Part shown: piece by piece, positions 1 through 11,060 of the stretch
How the letters are laid out: each line of letters starts with the position of its first letter
How positions within the stretch are numbered: the first letter of the stretch is position 1
Assembly: GCF_006345805.1 (NCBI RefSeq)
Contig: NC_042997.1
Span: forward strand, 209,002,001-209,066,000
Direction of reading: 5' to 3'
DNA length: 64,000 nt
Source: Octopus sinensis
Lineage: Eukaryota
Notes under the pieces: model-generated
Told to the model about the DNA's origin: nothing
The model's database searches: none
The model's input: the letters and a program-made list of their open reading frames with translations, nothing else
Translations under genes and position numbers: made by a program

Positions 1-480
1 CCGTTTCTCTGTCCTTGTGTGTCCCCTCAATGTTTAGCCCTTTGTGGGCAATAAAGAAACAGAATGGGCAAAATTCTCATATTGGACTTCTCGTCGAATA
101 TGTCTCTTTCTACTCTATCGTTTTTAGCGAAGCTGTTATTGAGTTTTGAACCATGTTCACCGGCTCAGGATCATTGACTATCGTCCTGCAGTTATGGAAA
201 AATAATTTTGTCACCGTAAGAAGCCCTTCTGCCTACGCAAACGTTACTTGACCTAGTGGATCAATTGTGAGTAACCAAGTCATCTGGAATCTTTCTGCAA
301 AATAGTCTTATGTCGAACTTTCTAGGAAACCCCATGAGGTGTTATTAAAAACTGGGATTTTGAACTTCCACTCAGCACTACCCCTGGCGCTACGTGCAAC
401 TATGTCACTCAGATTCAAGATAGGTGCCTTCATATGTTTCCTACTTGTTTCGCCTGTAATGATCTGGGGTGCGACACAAT

Positions 481-502
481 CTATCTATCTATATATGTAT
501 AT

Positions 503-588
<86 letters not shown>

Positions 589-774
589 GGATAGATGGAT
601 AGATAGATACCGTATTTACTAGTGCATAAGCCACTCTCCTAGTTAAGTGTTAAATCTTCAAACAATAATTTTCTCCTTCACAGTTTTAACATTACCCCAT
701 GTATAAGTCACACCCCAGATTTTTTTTCAGTTAAAATCAAGTATAAAATTTTGCGATTTATACACGCGTAGATA

Positions 775-822
<48 letters not shown>

Positions 823-950
823 GCGTGTGTGCGTGAGCGTGTATGTGTGTTTGTGTGTGTTGTGTGTGTGTGTGCGTGAGTGTGTGTGTTTTTGTGTGTG
901 TGTGTGTGTGTGTGTGCGTGTGTGTGTGTGTGTGTTGTGTGTGTGTGTGT
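481..950. repeat. (GATA)n and (GT)n microsatellites flanking a small MITE
   Basis: Direct reading. Confidence 0.9.
609..778. mobile_element. Small MITE with TACCGTATTT-type termini
   Basis: Imperfect terminal inverted repeats of about 22 bp (taccgtatttactagtgcataa / ttatacacgcgtagatacagt). Confidence 0.4.
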
Positions 951-1242
951 GGCCACTACCTTACATCGTTGAAGAGTTGTTAAGTACCACAAAATGCCAA
1001 CTTTGACAGTTTATGTTTTATTAAAAAGGCCCTTATTATATGCAGGGCGCGTCAGCTAAATGAGAACAACATTTTAATTGAAGGGAAAACAGAATATGTT
1101 TATAGAATTTGGCTCACGTTTTTTCTTGCACGTAGCAAAAGGCCGTTCAATAAAACTGCCATTAGCCTCGATTTCTGTCTCAATACTGCGTCTGAAACAA
1201 CTAAATGCGTTTTTATTCGTGATGGTCATAATTGGCACGCCA

Positions 1243-1556
1243 TCAGTTACGAGGACGAGTCTTCCAGTTGGTTTGATTAACAGAACAGCTTGCTCGTGAA
1301 ATTAACGTGAAAGTAGTGGTTGAGCACTCCATGGACACGTGTACCCTTAACGTAGTTCTCAGCGAGATTGAGCGGGACACAGAATGTTATAAGGTGGACC
1401 CTTTGAAATACAGGCACTAATCATTTTTGCCAGTGGAAGGAACTGGAGAAATGGAAGTAAAGTGTCTCGCTCAAGAACACAATGCACTGCAGGGAATCGA
1501 ACTCACAACCTTGAGATCTTGAGCGAAATACCAACCCACTTAGCCATGCACCTTCA
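1243..1556 (-). mobile_element. SINE family C
   Basis: Reverse-complement match to 29038-29357. Confidence 0.82.
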
Positions 1557-1559
1557 CTG

Positions 1560-2415
1560 TTGCCCATAGCATCCCCAATAGCAGACATCAACGAGTCCTT
1601 GGTACTGGGAGCATACTTGTTCTCCCTCTCAACGATGCTCCCGATGTAGCGGTCCAGATGGTTGAAATCAAGAGATCTTGGTGGCCAAATATTAGGAGTC
1701 AGAGGAATTGAAAATCGTCAGCCAACCCCTCCTGGGTCACGCAAGGTAAGCTAGAACGCCTCAGAGTCTCGCTGGAACACTGACGCCTCCTTCGAGTACT
1801 TTTTTTCGATCATTTTGTATGTAGGCTACCACATTGACTCAAAGCATTTGCAGCAAAAAGTATGAAAGCATGACAAAGTCCACATTGCTCACGACCTCAA
1901 GACGATGGGAACTTGGTATGCATAAAAGTGGGTGTTCAGTGGAGTTGGAACAGAGACATCTAACATTCCTCTCGTTCACTTTTTATCTTGGACAAAGTTC
2001 TTCCCATCTGAAAAGAACCAGAGCTTGTCGGGTTTCTCGAGGTGCTTGAGTTTATTTAGCAAGTGCTCCCACCGGATCACAGGAGTCTTATCGGATACAA
2101 ACTTCCCTCTTTCATAACAAAGGATATGTATATCTTCATGCACCACACATCTAGTCGTTGACACATGAATATGATTGACAATGACCCTTATTAACTTGCC
2201 GGGATTTTTGTTGATGATACCCCAGACTTACTGGAGAAACTCAACTTTTCAGACCATGTCTGACTCAAGAATGTTTCTTTTGGACACAGAAGATACATTC
2301 CCACCAGTGGCCAGAAACTCTTTTCTGGTCTTAAACGCGAAGGACCTGATGACATATACAAAGGATGAAATCGCAGAAACGATGTGGTTGACAGCTAAGG
2401 AGATCAGAAGAGCAT
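1560..2415 (-). mobile_element. Degenerate Tc1/mariner-superfamily transposase relic
   Basis: Minus-strand fragments LLNKLKH...LWFFSDGKNFVQDKK, VFQRDS and WPPRSLDFNHLD (the WPPxSPDLNPLD motif), with frameshifts and stops. Confidence 0.8.
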
Positions 2416-3016
2416 GCCTTTTACATACATACCCTCTTCACCGTTCCCTCTCTCTCACTCTTCCTTGACACTCTCGTCGCTGACACGTGACGAAAGGGAA
2501 TCTATCTTTCTGTCCATTTCCTTCCTGAATAAAACACGTATTTATACTGTCTCCTCTCGCAAGCTCGTCTTCCTAGGGTCCGTAATAATTTTTCTATCGT
2601 CTTGGCTTAACACCCCTCACAGTTTGTTTTTACTGTCTTGTTCTCAATGTCTTATTCTCACTGTCCTGTTCTCGTTACCACTTTCACCCTCCGCAAAAAA
2701 TCCCAAATTTTATTTAATTTGCTTTGCGGGAAGGACTGTTTCAACGAAGTCGCCTATTGTCCTTGCCTTCGAACGCGGAATAGATGAAACAGGGACAACT
2801 GATGAAGAGGGATATTCTTTATGTTGCATGTCACGTTTCTCTCTTTGTTTTGTTTTTTTCGTTGTTCGAAAAAAGTTTGTTTTCTATGTTTTTATTTTTA
2901 TGTTTTCGTTTCTCATTGTGTTCAACGTTTTTTTATGTCCTGTATCCATATATGCATGTATATATACATATATATGTAGGTATGTACATATATGTATGTA
3001 TATATGTATGTACATA

Positions 3017-3089
<73 letters not shown>

Positions 3090-3846
3090 TGTTGTGTCTG
3101 GGGAGAGTCATTTTCTTTCTGTGCCTTATAATATAACACATTCACCGGTAAAATTTCCACCTTTTTTTTCTTAATTTTATTTCCTAAAATTTTCGTTGCA
3201 TCTTGCAACCTTTTCAATAGTCTTGACTCTGTCCGTTGTTTACACTGCGTTCCCTTTCGTTTGTTTGTGCGCATGTGTGTGGGTCAGTGTGTGCGTACGT
3301 GTGTGTGTGTGTCTATGCATGTACGCATGTACGTATGTATGCATGTATGTGTGTGTGCATGCATATGTATATATGTATGTATGTGTGTGCATCTGTATGT
3401 ACGTATCCTGCATATTTATGTGCATGCATGTCCGTGTTTGTGTATTTTCTATGTTTGTGTGTGTGTGAGCATGTGTTTGTGTATGTGTGCACCTCTGTCT
3501 CCTTGTGTGTGCATGTCTGTGTGTGCATGTGTGTTATGCAACTATGTACCATGTTTGTGTGTATGGATGTGCATCTTTATATGTGTGGATCCGTGTCTCC
3601 ATCTGTGTCTGTTCTTGTAACCTATGCACCTATCCGTCTCTATGTTGATCTGTTTATTTATTTATTTATTTATTTTCTGTCTATGTTTTTATACACAGAA
3701 AAAAGGGGGGTGCATACACACACACACACACACACACACTCACACCCACACACAGACATACATACATTTATCTACCTATCAGTCCACTAACTATTCTACT
3801 CTACCTGTGTAAACTGTGGGTATGGACTATGGTATTTACTATATAA

Positions 3847-4077
3847 GGCGGCGAGCTGGCAGAAACGTTAGCACGCCGGGCGAAACGCTGAACAGTATTT
3901 CGTCTGCCGCTACGTTCTGAGTTCAAATTCCGCCGAGGTCGACTTTGCCTTTCATCCTTTCGGGGTCGATAAATTAAGCACCAGTTACGCACAGGGGTCG
4001 ATATGATCGACTTAATCTGTTTGTCTGTCCTTGTTTGTCCTCTCTGTGTTTAGCCCCTTGTGGGTAGTAAAGAAATA
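3847..4077 (+). mobile_element. SINE family B (central GCCTTTCATCCTTTCGGGGTCGATAAATTAAGTACC, MetaSINE-domain-like)
   Basis: Full-length copy with a 15-bp TSD, ggtatttactatata / ggtatttacaatgta. Confidence 0.9.
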
Positions 4078-4499
4078 GGTATTTACAATGTATATTTCCT
4101 ATGACGTAACAAAACTGTTGGTTAATTAGCATATAATGGTATTACGTCATCAATATTTGTGCGTAAATCTACGGTCAATATAGACTTTGTAAAGAAAAGC
4201 AAAACATTACCAGGACTATTTATAGATAAGTTGTATTAAAACGAAGTACACTAAAGTAATTTACTCTTAAAATAATGTTTTATCTCAAATTTAGTTTTAT
4301 AAATTATTATAAGAATTTCAACGATATACATATGAGAAACGTGCTTAATTGAATTTATAGTAAAATACCAATACACTGCCACGCATAGAAGTCATAATGT
4401 ACATCTACACTGTTTAATTAAAATATTATACTGTATTATATCATATTATGTTAAATCATATTATAATATAAATATAGGTTTTTCAGCAATATTACAAAT

Positions 4500-5090
4500 A
4501 CTAACCGTTTTTTAACGCTTATCATCAAAGAGGATTATATATTTAATGGTAGCTTTTAAGAGTCTATTTACATGCATGAACACATAAAAAAAACAGTCTG
4601 TTTAAGAGACGTCTCCTAGAACGTAAGATCAAAAATAATTCTTCTAGGCAGAGAAAGCAATAGAAGTTTCCAGGCTTATAATCTCCCACTCCTCAGAAAA
4701 ACTTCTTGTTTTTTTTTTTCTTTTTGTCTTTCAAGTCCCGAATAAATTTACTGTGGCTGGTAGAAGATCTGTTCCTATTATTAAAGGTGTAAATATGGTT
4801 ACAGACGCGCTTCTCAACAAAATTTTGCGTATCTCCTATGTAGAAGAAACTTTTACCCTCAGGTATCACCTTACATCTATAAACAACATTCTTTCGTTTA
4901 CAATAATTTTTAAATAAAAATTCACTTCTAACCCTGCAATTACAAAAAGTATTTTCATTAGTACTCGTATTATTACTCTGTTTCATATCATTACATCCAG
5001 TAAAATTGCTACTTGCCATTTTATCTGCATTCAAGAGTTTGTGATGGGATCTGACACAGGCTGTTTTCCCTTGTACACTTGACATCCCAA
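4500..5090 (-). mobile_element. Penelope-like element, GIY-YIG endonuclease fragment
   Basis: ORF 4693-5085 reads CNCRVR...NVVYRCKV...FFYIGDTQNFVEKRVCNH, the VVY...YIG motif with the conserved R/H. Confidence 0.85.
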
Positions 5091-5397
5091 ATTTACTTTC
5101 ATTACAAGCGTTTATTCCATTAGTATTACTGTTAAAATTTTTCCCTGATGAAATATCTAATTAACCAGTTTCGATATGAAAATTTAAATCAAATTAAATT
5201 AATTTAATTTAATTTCTGTAATTGAACTAAATGGATATCGAAACGGCTGTAGGACAGGAATTTCATTTTATGGATTTGAATATCTTTCAATAAACTGATG
5301 TCTGCATGTCGATTTCTCCATTTTCTTCTTTTCCTCATTCATATATATACATATATGAAGCCCGTCGTGTGTGTATATATATATACGATGGGCTTAA

Positions 5398-5798
5398 GAG
5401 TGGCTGTGTGGTAAGTAGCTTGCTTACGAAGCACATAGTTCCGGGTTCAGTCCCACCGCGTGGCACTTTGAGCGAGTGTCTTCTACTATAGCCTCGGGCC
5501 GACCAAAGCCTTGTGAGTGGATTTGATAGACGGAAGCTGAAAGAAGCCCGTCGTATATATCTATATATGAGTGTGTGTGTATATGTCTATGTCTGTGTTT
5601 GACGCCCCAACATCGCTTGACAACCGATGCTGGTGTGTTTACTTCCCCGTAACAACTTTTGCGGTTCGGCAAAAGAGACCGATAGAATAAGTACTCGGCT
5701 TACAAAGAATAAATTCTGGGGCCGATTTGTTCGACCAAAGGCGGTGCTCCAGCATGGCCGCAGTCAAATGCTTGAAACAAATAAAAGAATAAAAGAAT
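5398..5798 (+). mobile_element. SINE family A (tRNA-like head, internal (TA)/(TG) microsatellite, CR1-type tail)
   Basis: gagtggctgtgtggtaagtagc...ggttcagtccc head and ggcggtgctccagcatggccgcagtc tail; multi-copy in the window. Confidence 0.9.
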
Positions 5799-6569
5799 AT
5801 ATGTGTACATATATATCATACATTTCAAAGCTTCTCTGTCGTTATCGGCTACCATATGCCAGGATTACTCCTCTTATATGGATGTGGAAATCTGTTAGTG
5901 TACGCAGAATTCATATACAAATTTATAAGACAAGAAAATGGAATGAACAGACTTTAATAACAAATCACAACAATTGTTTCTGAGGATCAGTAACAGCTAT
6001 TAATTAGTCACTGAGTTTTCCATATTATACATATAGTTATATGAATATCATATGAATATGATCCAACAGTAGTTGTGCACACGCACGTTATCAGGTTATT
6101 TCAGAATATGCCTTTATTCTAAAGTAGAATATGTGTATGAAGCAATGGGAAACTAGACGTGATCCAGCAGTGGTCTCAAGGCTACTCACCTGATGACGTG
6201 CCGGTACACAGCTGCTGGCGCTGGATCGTATTTATTTATATAGTATTTATGTAATAATGTGCATAATATAGGGAAAAATCAGCACCTAACAGCTGTTACT
6301 AATGCATATATGTGTGTGTATGTGTGTGTGTGTGTGTATACAAACACACACACACACACATGTATGTATGTTACATAAAGCGTTACTAATTGACTATTTT
6401 GTGTTAGCTCTTGTGAAATCAATCTGGTAGCCGTGTTACGCAAAAATACATTTTATTCTCAGAAATGACAGCTTGCATCAATAGGCAATGAAATCTAGTT
6501 TCTATGCAACGATTAGTGTTCTTGTGGTTGTTGATTAGTGTCCCTGATGCTGCTGCTGTTGTTGTTATT

Positions 6570-6706
6570 AGTAGTAGTCATCTTTGTTGGACCGTGGTCG
6601 AGACAATGGAATTGACTATGTTACGCCAGACTTCACGGTCGATCATAGCATTACGGAGGTCCTGTTGCTGGATGCCTGTATCCCTGGAGATTACATCAGG
6701 GTAGGA
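6570..6706 (-). mobile_element. RTE-like LINE 3' end, same family as 38850-39426
   Basis: YPDVISRDTGIQQQDLRNAMIDRE, nearly identical in DNA to 38888-38935, with a short trinucleotide tail. Confidence 0.75.
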
Positions 6707-6798
6707 GACAATGTTAATGTCGGGTCGTTGATGTTATGGGTGGTGATGGCGGTGGTAGCATCCGCAGTGGTGTGGGTGTATCTATCTATATCTATCTA

Positions 6799-6895
<97 letters not shown>

Positions 6896-7048
6896 GTCTT
6901 CTTAAGACTTAAGGGACAGATAGATTAAATAACATAGGCATCGACCCACGGTCTAGAGAAACTGACCACAGTGATTATTAGCGGGAACAGCTTAGATTGG
7001 AAGTCTGTTCATGGGTGGAATTTACCTATGGTGAAATTTACCTAGAAC

Positions 7049-7079
7049 ACATACATACATACATACATACATACATACA

Positions 7080-7113
<34 letters not shown>

Positions 7114-7246
7114 CATACATACACACACACACATACATAAATACATACATACATACATACATACGTATACATACATACATACATACATACATACATACAT
7201 ACATACATACATACATACATACATACATACATACATACATACATAC
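7049..7246. repeat. (CATA)n microsatellite abutting the palindrome
   Basis: Direct reading. Confidence 0.95.
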
Positions 7247-8031
7247 GACTGTCCCCTGATCGCACAATCCCTTCATACTGATTGATTTCGTCTTAATGGC
7301 TTGTTCATTATTTTTTCAGTCACCCGCTTCTAATGTCGAACTTTCTCTCCGACAGCTTCTCATTGACTCCTCTTTCAGGCGGCTCAATTGGAGTTCAAAG
7401 ACATCTCTTTTCGATACTTTCAAGAATTTTCCTTCTATTTCTTTTTACTTTATATGTTAGTTAGTTAGTTAGTTAATTTGGCTCAAAAGCAAATAGCAAG
7501 GCCATGTAGGGGGACATGGAGTTAAGTACAGGGTGGTGTTCATGTAAAGAGTTCAGGCCACTTGAGGTCCAGGGAGGCTTTGAACAAAGCGGTCGTCGGC
7601 ATCTTTACCATCTCGTCTGGCAGCTTGGTCCACGGATCCGCAACCCGGAACAAGCTGCCAGACGAGATGGTAAAGATGCCGACGACCGCTTTGTTCAAAG
7701 CCTCCCTGGACCTCAAGTGGCCTGAACTCTTTACATGAACACCACCCTGTACTTAACTCCATGTCCCCCTACATGGCCTTGCTATTTGCTTTTGAGCCAA
7801 ATTAACTAACTAACTAACTAACATATAAAGTAAAAAGAAATAGAAGGAAAATTCTTGAAAGTATCGAAAAGAGATGTCTTTGAACTCCAATTGAGCCGCC
7901 TGAAAGAGGAGTCAATGAGAAGCTGTCGGAGAGAAAGTTCGACATTAGAAGCGGGTGACTGAAAAAATAATGAACAAGCCATTAAGACGAAATCAATCAG
8001 TACGAAGGGATTGTGCGATCAGGGGACAGTC
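7247..8031. repeat. Near-perfect palindrome: 385-bp arms (7247-7631 and 7647-8031) with a 15-nt loop
   Basis: The arms are reverse complements with two mismatches seen. Each contains a CR1-like LINE 3' end (KLPDEMVKMPTTALFKASLDLKWPELFT*), a (CTAA)n tail and about 200 bp of flank. Confidence 0.95.
7647..7822 (+). mobile_element. CR1/L2-like LINE 3' end (mirror copy on the minus strand at 7456-7648)
   Basis: Translation (RVADPW)NKLPDEMVKMPTTALFKASLDLKW matches the CR1-clade ORF2 C-terminal WNxLP...FKxxLD motif, followed by a (CTAA)n tail. Confidence 0.75.
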
Positions 8032-8177
8032 AATGAAAAAGGGGACAGGCGATCATTCCCAGGAAGATATTGCTTACGAGGGTGGGTCCACTGGAAATGA
8101 AGGAGTGATGCTAGAGTTGGGAAACTTTGCATTCATTAATTTCAGCTCTTCTTATTGATGACTACATTGTTTCTTTG

Positions 8178-8598
8178 ACTGTGTGGTAAGTAGCTTGCTT
8201 ACCGACCACATGGTTCCGGGTTCAGTCCCACTACGTGGCACCTTTTGCAAGTGTCTTCTACTAAAGCCTTGGGTCGACCAAAGCCTTATGAGTGGATTTG
8301 GTAGACGGAAACTGAAAGAAGCCTGTCGTATATATGTATGTGTATATATATGTGTGTGTATGTGTGTGTTTATGTGTTTGTGTTTGTTCCCCGAACATCG
8401 CTTGACAACCGATAGTGGTGTGTTTACGTCCCCGTAACTTAGCGGTTCGGCAAAAGAGACCGATAGAATAAGTACTAGGCTGACAAAGAATAAGTCCTGG
8501 GGTCGATTTGCTCAACTAAATACGGTGCTCCAGCATGGCCACAGTCAAATGACTGAAACAAGTAAAAGAGTAAAAGAGTAAAGGAGTAAAAAGAGTAA
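8178..8598 (+). mobile_element. SINE family A
   Basis: Near full-length match to the other copies. Confidence 0.9.
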
Positions 8599-8680
8599 AC
8601 TGACATCTGACTGTTCAAAGAACACTTCAGAAGTTATTAGTAGCGGCGTCTCTTGAAAATAGACAAAATTTGATGTCGGG

Positions 8681-9096
8681 GAGTAAAGATTATTTGCCAA
8701 CATAACATGGCAGTCCTGGTTTAGGATGAATGTTGCTGTAATTTAGCCCCAGGAGACATCGTCTGTGTCCTTATATTTTCGAACAAGGGAATCTAGCACC
8801 ACCACCCCCCACTCAGCTCAAAACAATATCTGTGTATAGCGAATTTGGCAGCGCCACCTCTAGCCGAGCAATTATTCTGTGCTGATGAAGGAAAATAACC
8901 CGGAAATCGCAATACACAGATATTGTTTTCAGCAGAGTGGCTGGTGGGGGGGGGTGCTAGATTCCCTTGTTCGAAAATATAAGGACACAGATCGTGTCGT
9001 ATAGCCAGCTGGAGACGATGTCTCCTGGGGCTAAATTACAGCAACATTCGTCCTAAACCAGGACTGCCATGTTATGTTGGCAAACAATCTTTATTC
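8681..9096. mobile_element. Fold-back element (about 160-190-bp imperfect arms) with a central hammerhead-like core, probably a Penelope-type pseudo-LTR
   Basis: 8681-8840 is the reverse complement of about 8908-9096 apart from a roughly 22-bp indel. A fragment of the same family lies at 51821-51880. Confidence 0.7.
8876..8920 (+). ncRNA. Type I minimal hammerhead-ribozyme-like motif
   Basis: tctgtg-CTGATGA-agg..ccg-GAAA-tcgcaa-TA-cacaga: 6-bp stem I, intact core, near-palindromic stem III, weak stem II. Confidence 0.55.
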
Positions 9097-9189
9097 CAAA
9101 ATACTGTTGCTGAATATCTCTTGTTGTGAGATTTACAAATAGTAATTTTCTAATTTGGTGTCGTGCTGTTGACAATTACCGGCAGAAAA

Positions 9190-9480
9190 AGAGTTTAGCC
9201 TCAAACAACGCTCATGCTGTCAAGGTTGCTACATTAGGGGATGATGCTCTATTTTCATCAACAGTGTAAAAATGGGCAGCTAAATTTAGGAGGAGAAGGA
9301 AGAGTCTCGGGGATGATCCAGCTTCTGGACGTCCTGAAACAGCTTCCACTGAGGACAACACTGATCGTGTTCACTACATACTGATGGATGGCAGGCGATT
9401 GACTATAAATCAAATATCCAATGCTATTCGTATTAGGTTGGTGCATAATTATTGCGGCTTTTTTTTTTCAATAAATTTTA
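9190..9480 (+). mobile_element. Mariner transposase N-terminal (HTH) fragment plus a mariner-type TIR
   Basis: KWAAKFRRRRKSLGDDPASGRPETAST...DGRRLTINQI, then TATTAGGTTGGTGCATAATTATTGCGG at about 9431. Confidence 0.75.
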
Positions 9481-9532
9481 GTCAACAAAAAATTTAAACA
9501 AAACGCTAAGCAGAAATAGAAGTAGATTATGA

Positions 9533-10128
9533 AGGCAGCAAGCTGGCAGAGTGGTTAGCACACCAGGCGAAATGCTTGGCGGTATTTCGTCTGCCGTTAT
9601 GTTCTGAGTTCAAGTTCCGCCGAGGTCGACTTTCATCCTTTCGGGGTCGATAAATTAAGTACCAGTTACGCACTGGGATCGATGTAATCGACTTAATCTC
9701 CTTGTCTGTCCTCTCTGTGTTTAGCCCGTTGTGGGTAGTAAAGAAATAGGTATTTTGTCTGTCTTTACGTTGTGAGTTCAAATTCCGCCGTGGTCGACTT
9801 TGCCTTTCATCCTTCGGGATCGATAAATTAAATACCAGTTACGCACTGAGGTCGATGTAATCGACCTTATCCCTTTGTCTGTACTTGTTTGTCCCCTCTG
9901 TGTTTAGCCCCTTGTGGGCAATAAAGAAGTAAAAAACGTTAGCACGCTGGGCGAGATGCTTGGCGGTGTTTCGTTTGTCTTTGGGTTCTGAGTTCAAATT
10001 CCGCCAAGGTTGACTTTGCTTTTCATCCTTTCGGGGTCGATAACTTAAGTACCAGTTGTGTACTGGGGTCGATCTAATCGACTGGCCCCCTCCCACAAAA
10101 TTTCGGGCTTTGTACCTAGAGTAGAAAA
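9533..10128 (+). mobile_element. Nested/concatenated SINE family B trimer
   Basis: Three central domains in tandem, with tails joined to internal positions of the next unit. Confidence 0.85.
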
Positions 10129-10280
10129 TATTCTATGTCGTGCTGAATTTCGCTAAGAACTATGTTAAGAGTACACGGGTCTGTGGAGTACTCAGCCACT
10201 TGCATGTTAATTTCACGAGCAGGCTGTTCCGTTGATCGGATCAACTGGCACCCTCTTCGTCATAACCGATGGAATGCTAG

Positions 10281-10316
<36 letters not shown>

Positions 10317-10612
10317 ATCGTAAAAATGTCTGGTCTGAAAAGAAGGCGTTTAAACCGGATGTATCCTAGGAACAAGAAATCTGATAGGAGCATCGTCTCT
10401 GCCAACAGTATCAATGGCGATATTGCTGAGGGTAGTAAAGTTTTAAGAGAGGAAAGCAGCAGAAAGAGCTTTAATACTGGTACCAAAATGGATCTTCCGT
10501 CAGCAGCAACTTATAAATCTTTCGCGAAAAAACACTCCGTGGATGATATAAATAAACTACCCTAAACAGATTGCCATTCACACAAGGAAGAAATGTTAGC
10601 CTCACAGCAGAA

Positions 10613-10625
10613 TCATCATCATCAG

Positions 10626-10675
<50 letters not shown>

Positions 10676-11060
10676 CCATCATCATCATCGTCGTCGTCGT
10701 CACCGTCGTTTAACGTCCGTTTTCCATGCTGGCATGGGTTGGACGGTTTGACTGGGGACAGGCAAGTCAGTAGGCTGTACCAGGCTCCAATCTGATCTGG
10801 GCAATGTTTCTACAGCTGGATGTCCTTCCTAACGCCAACCACTCCGAGAGTGTAGTGGGTGCTTTTTTCCGTGTCACTGGCACGGGAGCCAGTCAGGCGG
10901 CACTAGTATCGATCACGTTCGGATGGTGCTTTTACATGCCACCTCCACAGGAGCCAGTCGTGGAGGAGGGGGACTGGCATCGACCACGTTCGGGTGGTGT
11001 TTTTTACGTTCCACCGGCACGGGGAGCCAGTCAGGTGGCACTGACAACGACCCTCGTCTT
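10613..11060 (-). mobile_element. Retroposon family D (RTE-type (GAT)n tail, internal 60-65-bp tandem units)
   Basis: ggcgttaggaaggg/acatccagctgtagaaac...ccatgccagcatggaaaacggacgttaaacgatgatg. Confidence 0.85.

Noticed and set aside
2430-2900. 240-aa hydrophobic ORF 2414-3136 and a CTGATGA motif
   Set aside because: T-rich low-complexity sequence running into (TA)n, with no GAAA half-core; probably an unclassified repeat.
708-3812. Many ORFs of CV/HT/YI/MYV repeats, here and throughout the window
   Set aside because: They are translations of di- and tetranucleotide microsatellites.
7516-7762. Two near-identical 69-aa ORFs on opposite strands
   Set aside because: They are a consequence of the palindrome; the meaningful frame is the LINE C-terminus.
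10855-11045. Repeated 60-65-bp units resembling a repeat-spacer (CRISPR-like) array
   Set aside because: The units are internal tandem repeats of retroposon family D with homologous spacers, in a eukaryotic context with no cas genes.
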